Source of the DNA: Eledone cirrhosa
Lineage: Eukaryota
NCBI GenBank assembly: GCA_964016885.1
Contig: OZ024743.1
Coordinates: 339,946,001-340,010,000, forward strand
Direction: 5' to 3'
DNA: 64,000 nt
Position numbers and translations under genes: made by a program. Positions within the stretch are counted from its first letter, which is position 1. The number at the start of each line of letters is the position of its first letter. This document shows positions 11,781 to 22,615 of the stretch, piece after piece. The notes beneath the pieces are model-generated. The model searched no databases, was not told the DNA's origin, and worked only from the letters and a program-made list of their open reading frames with translations.

Positions 11781-12117
11781 ATGAATGAATTTGCTAGACA
11801 GAAACTGTTGAATACCCGTCATGTGTGACTGCATGGCAGTTTATTAAAAGAAAATGTATTTGGTGAGATTATCTATGTCCCCAATAAACAATATCTTGCA
11901 GCATAGTGATGAGAGAGAGTGAGTGTGTGTGTGTGTGAGAGAGAATGTATATATTCTCTCTCTCTCTCTCATCACTATGCTGCAAGATATATTGTTTATT
12001 GGGGACATAGATAATCTCACCAAATACATTTTCTTTTAATAAAATGTTTTTGTGGCAACTGACATGCAGCCACACATGATGGGTATTCAACAGTTTCTGT
12101 CTACCAAATTCATTCAT
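11781..12117. repeat. Long near-perfect inverted repeat (fold-back)
   Basis: 11781-11920 is the reverse complement of ~11960-12117 with a few mismatches and one ~14-nt indel; centre gagaatgtatatattctc. Confidence 0.95.
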
Positions 12118-12789
12118 AAGGCATTGGCCAATCTTATGCTTTGGTAAAGGGCTCTTGCTCGGAGTGCCATGCAGTGGGAACAAGCACAGATATGAATTTG
12201 TGAAATAAACTTCTTCACTACATAGCAGTGTCTGAATCTACATTTGAAAGATGTTTTCATCTAACATAGATAACATAGCTATAAATTATCTTAAGAAAAA
12301 TTGTGTTGTAGCTGGGCAACTAACTTTTTATGGGGTATGACAAACATATCTACGTATGGAAAAGTGGACATAAAAGGATGGACACCATGTAAATTAAGAT
12401 ATATGTGGATATTTGTTAAAAATATTTCTTTTGTGGTGGGACATACAATAACAATCGAAATATGTGCACAAGTATAGCTAAGTACTCGTGATCAGATGAC
12501 TTTGGTGGATTGGTAGAAATTGAGACAAGATACAACGCAACAATTGTTTTAAAGCTATTTTCGTTGCTAATGAATGGATTAGTCTTATGGCCCCATGAGA
12601 GGCTTAACCATATTCATCATGGGATCTTTTTTGAAGCAATGTACAACTGGATGCTCTTCCTGCCATCAAATATTTTAGTTGTCTCTTATGACATGATGTA
12701 ATGATATGTATGCATTCTAAATTGGATACATGGCATTGCAATATTTAGTTCAAATCTTACCAAGATCAAATTTGTCATGTCATCACCAT

Positions 12790-14690
12790 TTTGGATGGGC
12801 ATGTTTTGGGGGGCACAGAATGTGACCTGCAAAATGAAACCACTGCTCTGACGATCTCCTGTAGTGTACGCAACCTTGCTTTTGCAGGATCTCTTTGTTC
12901 CTAATCCAATCTCTCTAGGTAGCCTTCAGAATCTTACACAGGCACCTTTGATGGGAAGTGTTTAGATGCCTGTCGATCTTGGGAGTGTGTTTCCATGTTT
13001 CGCAGGTGTAGATGACAGTGGTGTATAAACAAGGCTTGGTGCATCTTCTGATGGGTGCATTTAACCAATCTGTTGGAAGACTGTGGTCACATTTCCAATC
13101 TTGCAGTTGATGTCCTGCTCGATGTTGCCACTGTTGCTCAAGATGCTGCCAAAGTATGTGAATTGGTTGACCTTGTCCAGCTCCTGTTGGTTCACTGTAA
13201 CTGCAGCCGCCTGACCAGAGTTGCTTCCCGCCTTCATAACCCTGGTCTTTTGGGTGTTGATTCGTAACCTGATTTTCTTGACATTTACTTGCAGAGACGT
13301 TTGCTACTGCAGCTTTGTACTGTTCTCAGCAAAATCCATGTCTTTCAGCCTTGATTTGCCTGTTCACAAGGTCCCCTGACCCGCTCTGTCCCATCAGCAG
13401 TCTTTCTTCACCTGTCAATCAAATTGGTGGTATGCAGCATCTGTTTTCTTCTTTTCTTCCTCTGTTTTGGCAGTGTCCCTTTCACTCTTTCACTTTGTCT
13501 GCTTGTCGATCAGTTCCCAAGTTGATTTGCAAAGCCAGTTCTCTCCTCATTCTGCACCTTCTTCCCACAGCCTCCTGCACTGCTTCAGTCACCATAGTTG
13601 TAAAATGCGCCTGCTGTTCCTCTAGGTCTGCTGCTGGAACCGGTTGGGGAGCGTCAGTTGGTACTGCTAGGCCCTGCCAGGTTCCTTCAGCTTCTCTACT
13701 ACGTACAGCCTCAGCCTCACTTGCTGTATCCATTTCTTCAGGCGCACCTGTAGAGTGGCTCACAGTGGATTGTGTCCAAACCAACGTCTGCACTCCTATA
13801 CACTCTGACATCACATACCGAGAATCTTCAGCACTGACTAATGCAGATATAGTCGATCTCTTTTCTGGTGCTATTGTGTGGGGACTGCCAAGTGGCCTTG
13901 TGCTTAAAGTAGGTATTGCTCACACTCAGGCTGTTCACAGAACAGCAGCAGCCATTTGCCATTATCTGTGGTCTTCTGAGCAGAACCAAATGGTCCAATG
14001 ATCTGTTCCAGTCCCTACCTGCTGCCATTGAACTGGTCATTGAAGTTGCCAATCGGCAGTTTAATGTCGTAGCTGTGCAATTCATTGAATGTGTGCTACA
14101 GCTGATCAGAGAAGTCATCCTTTTCAGTGGCATCACTATCTTGTTGGCGCATAGACTTGCACCACAGTGGACTTCATGTGTCGGGTTTGGAAACAAGCAG
14201 TGATGATACGTTCGTTTACTGGCTTCCACCCGACCAGTGCCCGAGTCGCTTCCTTACTCAGCACAAGTTCGACTCTACATAAAGTGCTGGTCCTGGCAGC
14301 CGGAGTAGAGCAGTGCCGTGCCCCTACTGTTTTTGATCTTGCCACTGCCTGTCCACCGCATCTCACTGATGCTCAAGATATCCAATTTGTACTCATCAAA
14401 CTCTCGCAGTAGTTGAGCCAGCTTTCCCATTTGATATACTGTCCACATGTTACAAGTTCCGAATTTTGTTTCGGTTTAGGTGCTTAGAATCTGGCTCATT
14501 GAGAACCCAACGTTCTTGTGGCTTTGATTGGGGTTTGTCATAGGAGGACTGATTCCACTGCCTTTATCTTTGTGTAAAAGTTTTTGGTTGTTTCTGTACC
14601 GGTCTAGAGTTACATGGCGCTGGGTTGCTAGCCCCGACACCTGTGTCTATGCTCGACATCCCTTAGCCCACTGATGTAAGTGGTTTACCG
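12790..14690 (-). mobile_element. Decayed RTE-clade LINE (APE endonuclease, RT C-terminus, internal deletion)
   Basis: Minus strand reads FGTCNMWTVYQMGKLAQLLREFDEYKLDILSISEMRWTG, then QVYAPT, EIDYICIS, VNQFTYFGS and QRCLCKIL. Confidence 0.88.
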
Positions 14691-16009
14691 GGGTTTGTCA
14701 TGAGGAGACAGACAACAGGCCCAATTTACCCATTGCCCCAGTGAATTATTGGGGTTGATATAATCAACTGTACATGGCTTTTCTGAAATTTGTAGCCACA
14801 TAACATTTAGGAATTGATACTATTGGTCAGTTGATGGAAATGTAAAGATGAAAATCTCTCTGGCCATTTGGTATAGACTTTTTAATTATTTTACTTTGAT
14901 TATACATTTAAACTGACCATTATCATTTATATAACTGGTTACATTACTAAATATCTTTGCAGTATTCTTGAGGATGGGGTTTTCAAGGGATAACCAGGGT
15001 ATAAAAGAATGATATTGAATTATTACATGGGTCCAGAACACTGAGAGACAAGGAGTGACCCATTATTATGACACTTACCCTGCCTCCTTTGAAATTCAGT
15101 CAATTCAAATTTTGAGAGGAGTTGTCTTACCTTAGGAGGCCTGAAAGCAGTCTTGTTCTGCATTGCAAAATTGCTCTTTCTGGGAGGACCCGAGGACATC
15201 GATGGTAAGTTTGGTATTAATCAACAAGTGAAATCCCAAGTCAGTCTTGATTGAACAGATTTATGTTCAAAATTATTATAGCCATGACTATTGCATTTAT
15301 TTATTTTATAACATAGACTATTGACCAATGTTGTCTTTTAAAGATGGTAGGGGGTAATTTGAGGAATGTTTGATTACTATTTCAAGTAGGGCAAGCAACT
15401 GGTTAGTTTTTTTTGGTTTTTTTCAGCTGATATAAATAGATCTAATTTGTAAAGTATGAAAAACTTATGAGAAGTTTAGCAAGTTATTTTATTGCATAAC
15501 CATTGGATCGTCATACAATTGCGTGTACACTAAATACTAGTATGTGTTTTGTAATGTTTAATTTCTATAAAATGAAACCTAGCAATTATTTTGAAGCATT
15601 GTAAATGTTTTCTCGTCTGTAAAATTTTTAAATTATTCACAGAAATTTTTATAAAATTATATATATATTTATAAAATACAACTTTTCTGAATGTAGAAAA
15701 AAGTCAGTCATAAATTCATTTAAATAACACCTCATTCACTGTCATCTTAATATTTTGGCATTAAAAATGTTTTAGCCTGTGCAGCCAATCTGGAAAAGAG
15801 AAGGCCTAATGCAAAAACAAAATTCTAATAAAATGAAATTAAAAAAAAAAAAAAAATTAACAAGCAATGGTTATAATATTCTGAGTAAATATTTTTTATA
15901 AATGTGATATTGTTTGTGCTTTTATTGTATCTATTCTTTTACTAGTTTTAGTCTGACTAAATCTCTTGAATAGTTATAATCATACCCCCACCCCCTCCAA
16001 TATCTATTT

Positions 16010-16360
16010 TATTGATCTTGGGTAACGACCGAAAGAATATCGTGAATACAAGCTGCCGAAATGGGACTCCTCCAAAGGGTCTTTGGAGTAATGTTATTTG
16101 ATAGAGTGCATAGCTCGGAGATCAGAGAGTCACTCCAGGTAGAGCCGGATTCTCTGAATTGAGAGATCACAGCTCTGATATTATGGGCATGTGGTTAGAA
16201 TGTCTCGGGGAAAGATGGTTAGATAACATCCATGGCTGATCATGCTTGGGGATCCAGTTGGATCAGTTGGAAACAGTTGCTTCTGACAGGACCCAGTGGA
16301 AGGAGTGTTTGAGGACTCTGCTCCCACGAGCCTCTCAGGAATAAGTGGGCGAAGATCTTT
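16010..16360 (+). mobile_element. RTE-like LINE 3' fragment (GAA-tailed family)
   Basis: IQAAEMGLLQRVFGVMLFDRVHSSEIRESL..YYGHVVRM; tail ggaataagtgggcgaaga shared with 30440 and 61680. Confidence 0.8.
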
Positions 16361-16879
16361 TTGTTGAACCACTCAGTTACTGAAAATAAACGAACAGTAA
16401 ATCTAAGCACTCACACCTACCAAATATCACTCAGAAGGCATTGGTTTACTTGAAGATAAAGTAGAACACTTGCTAAGTTTCCACATAGTGGGATTGAATC
16501 CAAAACCATGTGGTTGTGAAGTGAACTCATTAATAATAGAATAATGCCTAAACCAACAATTCAGCTTTATAGGTATGCCAAAATTGCTAATGTCAGACTA
16601 AAAACATTTAGCTACATTCAATTTTTGCAGAAGTTGACTCTGCTGTCTAATCCTACCAAAGCCAATAAATTACACACTAGCCAAATACTTAGGCTAATTA
16701 AATTAACTCCATCCCACAAATGCACACCCTGTAAGCCAACAAATGGGAAGAATGATAGAACTAGTGGGAAATGATTCTTTTAACTAAATAAGTGCAGTAT
16801 TTAGAACATTTCATAAGTGATGGGGACAACATACTGCATCTAAAATGTGGTATGTTGATTAGGCTTTTTCTGGTCCTTT

Positions 16880-17877
16880 GTGACGTCAAGTATTTACACC
16901 TGAAATCTTCCTCTCTAAGACCTCCAGCTGCTGTGATCAACTTATCGAGTTTCTTGAAGACATCACCCAAATCACTGATGGCGGCTGATGGGTGCATGTT
17001 GTTTACCTTGACTTTGCTAAAGCTTTCAATTCTGTGCCACACTAAAGACTTATGGCAAAACTCTCTGCAATGGGTATGAAGGATGATCTTTTTAACTGGT
17101 TGAAGTCCTTCATTCTCAGTCAAAGAGAGGTAGTCACGGTTTTAGGACAGCATTCCTCACCATATGAGATATCATCTGGTGTACCACAGGGATCTGTTCT
17201 AGGCTCCCTTTTGTTTGTGGCATATATTAATGACATAGATGCCAACTTAAAGAATGCCACAGTACTGAAACATGCAGATGACATGAAGCTGTACCTTGAG
17301 ATAAAAAGGACATCCTGAACACTAGATCTTGCCTGCAATCTGACCTGGACACAATGCAACAATGGATCACAGACTGGCAACTCAAGCTAGCTGTGGACAA
17401 CAAGTGTACCACCATGCATTTTGGGAGTAAAAACCCAGCGTCCACATACTCCCTCCACAACACTAATATCAAGAAGTCTTCTTATGAACGTGACCTGGGC
17501 ATTACGGTCAGCAGCGATTTGTGTTGGACGAAGCACGTCTCTAAAATTGTCAAGAAGGCCGAGGGTGTCTTAGCATCACTCAGCAAGACCTTTGTCAGCT
17601 GCTCTCCAGCTTTCTATTTAAAGCTGTATATAGCTATGGTGTGGCCACACTTAGAATTTGTATCACCAGTCTGGTACCCTTATCTTGCTCAGAACATTGA
17701 CCGCCTGGAAACTGTTCAGAGACGTGCAACCAAGCGAATACCCTCCATCAGGCATCTACCATACTCTGAACGCCTTGCTTCCCTGGGCATGGATACATTG
17801 AAGCTCCGACGTCTGGCAACTGACTTGATAAACACCCACAAAATTATTAACCATCTTGCCAACAACAACCCTGAGTA

Positions 17878-17908
<31 letters not shown>

Positions 17909-18285
17909 TTTTTTTTATTTTTATTTCCATGTGTCTAACACACGTGGGCATGCCCACAAAGTCAGAAAACAGCACAGCTCCTATGACTTTCGGAAACATT
18001 TTTTCACGCTCAGAGTTGCTGAAGCATGGAACAAACTACCTGCATCAGTTATTAGCTGTCGAGACACTGCATCCTTTAAAACCTCCATGCTTCCTGAGAT
18101 TCGCCAACACTACACCTAATATTCCCCCTCCATACACACGCACACATGTATATCACGACTCATATATTATTCACTTCCCTGACATTTGTATATTATTCTA
18201 TGTACTATACATGCACCTTTGACGAGATGTAGTGCACCTGAGCTCTGTACACAATAATTTCATTATTATTATTATTATTATTATA
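16880..18285 (+). mobile_element. 5'-truncated CR1-like LINE (RT, 3' UTR, (ATT)n tail)
   Basis: YLDFAKAF, SGVPQGSVLG, HADDMKLY, ERDLGI, VQRRATK, FFTLRVAEAWNKLP; contains stops and frameshifts. Confidence 0.92.
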
Positions 18286-19752
18286 AGCTTTTTTTTATGG
18301 AAAGTCCGAGAGTTCCCACCTCCATTTTCCAAGGAAAAAGTACTTTGCAGCATACTAGGAGGTAGGTTTACAAAAATACAGAGGGGGGGGGGAATACTTC
18401 CCACAGAAATAAGTGGAGTGGGGGTTCTATAAATTTACGATTTTATATATATATATATACTTCGTTTTTGAATTTGTTTTGTAAGATTTCTTATTTGAAA
18501 ATGAGTTGAAACAGATATTGTTATACTTTGGAAGGGTCATGTTGCCAATTAAAAACATAGGCACCTGTTGATTTTCACTTCAGTTTATTACAAATTCCCG
18601 GTTGGTTGGTTCAATAACCGGTTGGTTGTTTATTCATTTTCGTCACACATTCTGTGTTTTCCTCAATGATTGATTTGTTATTTTGTCTCTCCTTTGTCCT
18701 GCCCTACACCATCCTGTAGGACAGAACAATGGAGAGACACACAATAACAAATCAGTCACTATTGAATCAACCAACTGGAAATTTGTAATAAACTGAAATG
18801 AAAACCAACAGCATGAACCTCCCAAACTATAACTATATGTGTGTGTGTGTGTATATGTATGTGTATATATATATATATATATAACGGAGGAAATGTGGTA
18901 AGGAACCAGGTGGACCATAACGCACCAAAGTACTCAACACTTAGGGTAGTAGAGTGGGTAATAGGAACGAGTAGGACCCTGACGGCTGATCTCAAGCTTT
19001 TATGTAGCTTGCACTTGAACTTTTGTATCGTGGTGGCACCCTTAGAGATAGTATTAGTATTCTTTTTCGGGACTCTGAATTATTATTTCGTATTAGTTTA
19101 CTTTTTTGCACTGGGTGGTTGCTGGCCTTGTGCCTGGGGTAGAAACCTTTATTTATTATTTCGTGGTAGTTTCTTTAGTATTTTGGCCCCTCACTTGTTG
19201 ACCCGTCACCGTAAGATATACTCGGTTTATTACTTATACCTCTTAAAAGGGTCTCATTATAATTCCGTCCCACCTAGTATACCTTTCTTTAGCCTAGCAG
19301 TACCAGTGAGAGACTTAGGTCGTAGTAACCAGAAATTGCTTATTTTTTTTTTTTTTACATTTAATTGCTTTTTAACACTCTCGGTATATATTTACCCCAT
19401 ATTGTTCTACTTATTGTTTCGACTTCCTCCCCCTCCCCAGTATCTTCTTTGACCTCATGCCCAGCTGTAGCCGGCACTATCAACGCATGAATGGGTCTCC
19501 TCCACCCCCTCTTTCTCCTACTGGCAGGTTCAGCTACCCCTTCCCTCCACAAATTGCCATCATAGAATTATTATGTCTCAACAACAAACTTTTGACCAAT
19601 CCTTGTGACAATCACTTTTACCATATATGGAATTACCCCTTGAGAAGCTTGGCTATTCAAATACCAGGATAAACATTTTCATTTAGTCCAGATTTAGCCG
19701 ACGAAACGGCTTGAGCTCGTATATATATATATGTATATATATATGTGTGTGT

Positions 19753-20075
19753 GGAGGCACATGGCTTAGTTGTTAGAGCATTGGCCTTGCAATCGAAAGG
19801 TTGTGTGTTCAATTCTCAGACCGGGTGATGTGTTGTTTCCTTGAGCAAGACACTTTATTTCACATTGCTCCAGTTTACTCAGCTGTAGAAATGAGATGAT
19901 AGGGACCTCAGTCTGCAAAGTGGTCGTGGAGGTGCCACGGCAAAAAAGCACCCAGTACTCACTGTAAATGAGGTTGGTGTTAGGAAGGGCATCCAGCTGT
20001 AGAAATCAAGCCAGTAGTAGTTCCCGTCCCACCCTTGCAAGCAGGGAAAAAGCGGACGTAAAATGAAATGAAAAA
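19753..20075 (+). mobile_element. SINE family B with an RTE-derived tail
   Basis: A/B boxes and core, then actgtaaatg.ggttggtgttaggaagggcatccagc..ggacgt matching the LINE 3' UTR at 29960-30120. Confidence 0.85.
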
Positions 20076-20086
20076 TATAGTGTGTA

Positions 20087-20334
20087 TGTAGCGAAATCTA
20101 TTCGCACACTGACCCTCGGATGGCACCTAGCTGTCATTTTTCTCTTATCTGGATGGGTGTCAGTTTGTCTGGAGCGGCAGGTTATTTTAAAGGATACAGA
20201 ACTTCAGAGTCATCGGCAGTTTCGACCCCTATCTGCTGGCCCACCCAGAGTCACAGCGTCTCACCCAAGACAAACACTGCCCAATGGAGTAAGAGACGAG
20301 AGACAAAACATTAATTTATAGCAATTAAGCTACA
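20087..20334. mobile_element. Candidate solo LTR
   Basis: Ends TGTAGC...GCTACA; imperfect flanking duplication tgtgta/agtgca. Confidence 0.45.
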
Positions 20335-20859
20335 AGTGCACATAGAATTTTATATGACATCAGGGAAAAATGGAGCGTTTTACCACAAAAACACACAAGA
20401 CAATTGCCCAATGAGTCGTGGCGATTAGTTACGGCATAATCAGTTGTCCGATATCTAGTTACTTTTTTTATATTCTGAGTTCAAATCCAGCCGATGCCCT
20501 TCATTTTTTCCAGGGTAGATTCAATAAATACCCGTCAAGTACTTCGGTTGAGTTAATCGACTATACCTCTCCCAACAAAAACGTTATGTAGCCTCATGTA
20601 AAATTATCAATAAACACAACAGTACTTAAACATCTATAAGGTGAAAATGAAAGGAATAGAGAATGTAAAAATCTGATCTGGCATTCTTAAGTCACTGAAA
20701 CGAAGTAAGGAGAAAATATAAACAGATTCTGAAAAAAAAAAAGACCTATGAGTAAAGATTCGGTATTACTTTGTTTTCATTTATTACTTTTGCACAATGT
20801 ATAAAGTTTTAGACGAGAGGGAAAATGAAAATTTATAACGTTCATACTTTGTCCCAGGC

Positions 20860-20971
20860 GAAGAGTAGTTTGGTCTGTACTTCCGGTCAGGCATAAAATG
20901 CTGTATTGTGATTTCTCCGTGTTTGATTGTTCAATCTATCTTGGACACACAAATGCTGTGTGGTGCCAAAG
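20860..20971 (+). promoter_or_regulatory. Candidate promoter and non-coding first exon of ZNF-1
   Basis: ETS-like ACTTCCGG at 20879-20886 and donor aag|gtaatg at 20972. Paralogous to the 32.3-32.5 kb region. Confidence 0.5.
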
Positions 20972-21161
20972 GTAATGAGTATTTAAGGGGGATAAAAAAA
21001 GAGATATTTTACTGTTTAAATATGTAAGATGTTTAAGGTGAAGAGAATGATAATAAAACTGGGAAGGACACTATGTCGCGGTAAGATAGCTTTTGGTTAA
21101 TATGTATGTTTATTGTTTGATCTTTGCTTTTGTCCGTATTTTAGTAGTGTGTTGTGAGAAG

Positions 21162-21236
21162 ACATATCTCAGAGTCATGCTGCGATACATATCTCAGAGT
21201 CATGATGCGATACAGATCTCAGAGTCATGCTGCGAT
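21162..21236 (+). repeat. 25-bp tandem repeat x3
   Basis: Unit acatatctcagagtcatgctgcgat, in the presumed ZNF-1 intron. Confidence 0.9.
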
Positions 21237-21808
21237 GAGTGCTTTGGATTCATGGGAGTATGTGGTCGAGAACTGAGTTTATTTAAGTTGATAAAATTAT
21301 CTTTATTTATGCACACATGCAATAGATTACGTCATATGCTGTGTAGTGTAAAATATAATTGTATATGATAGTTTACTGTGTCAAGTTACATTCAGGGGAC
21401 ACTATCGTGCTTGTTCACTTAAAACAGCAATTTAAAATAAAGTATCACGGTTATTTATGAAATAACTATCACCCTAAAGTGACCCATAGCGATAAAACAA
21501 AAGAGTTTTCCCTTTTCCTCGGAAATTCATTCAGTAATTTATTAACTTTCACTTTAGCTGTATTCTGGACGGGGCGGGAAGCTTATGTTCTGTTATTGTT
21601 TATTTATGTCACGGTCTTGCAGTTCCATGATATAAAAGTTCCTAGATTTGTTGTAAATAGTACATAAACATGATGCTCATTCACTGACGAAAAGTTCTCA
21701 TTGCTATAGTTTTTTACTTTATTTTAGCTATCACACCTATGCGTTAACAATATATATTTATTTATTTAGTTTAAAATTCGTATTGCTAGAGCATTATTAT
21801 TTGTTGCG

Positions 21809-21994
21809 GTGGATTGGCAGTATCGGTAGAGAGTCGGACGCCATGCTTTGACGCATAGAGTTACGGCCCTTGCCATTCTGAGTTCAAATCCCGCCGAGGT
21901 TAACTTTGCCTTTCATCCTTACGGGGTCGATAAAATAAAGTACCAGTAATACACTGGGTAATTTGATGGCCTTATGCCAAAAGTAGAAACAAAT
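21809..21994 (+). mobile_element. tRNA-derived SINE family A, full length
   Basis: B-box gagttcaaatcc, core ttgcctttcatccttacggggtcgataaaat, 16-bp TSD attattatttgttgcg. Confidence 0.9.
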
Positions 21995-22323
21995 ATTATT
22001 ATTTGTTGCGTTAAGGATGTTGGATTAAGTTTTCTTTTTTTTGTGTGATATTCTTTCAATTAATCAACTCCCAGTCATCTCTATCAGCTTTAAAAAAAAA
22101 ATTTGTTGCTGACATTGACTGATTTCTGATAAAACTTTGTCACTAATTTTACAATAATCTTTTAAATTAAACCCAATGGTACTAATCTGACTTTGAGATT
22201 GTGAAATTTCACACTAGCTGCTTAATTCAGTCCTAAACATTTACATCAGAAGCACACATAACACTATCAATTACACATCCTTATTGTTTATTACATACTA
22301 AAGTTTACTTTCTTTAATTCCAG

Positions 22324-22615
22324 AACAGAAATTATGAAACGTGGAATTCTACCAGAAGATGTCATAATTCAAACAATACTGACTAAAATAACCAGTGTGT
22401 GGTATATTTATTACCATCGTCTGAGGGGGACAATGTGATGTAAGACAGATATATCTACAGTATACAGATAATTCTAGGGTAACCATTTAGTTATGATATG
22501 AGTGACATTAAGAAGAAGCTATTTTCTCACAGAAATAACTAATTCACTTGAAGAAAATATATTCTATTTTGGAATTTATTAGAAGAAATGCTTGTGTTAA
22601 AGTGTTATTAATCAG
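22324..22615 (+). other. 5' UTR part of the ZNF-1 coding exon, with a 34-codon uORF (22334-22438)
   Basis: Acceptor ttctttaattccag|; homologous to 35235-35500 and 48121-48272. Confidence 0.7.

Noticed and set aside
13315-14001. 228-aa plus-strand ORF
   Set aside because: Antisense shadow of the minus-strand RTE relic.
18841-19452. 203-aa hydrophobic ORF
   Set aside because: Starts in a microsatellite, is T-rich and has no recognisable motif.
21809-21900. tRNA gene
   Set aside because: The A/B boxes belong to SINE heads; there is no cloverleaf, and SINE body and TSD follow.
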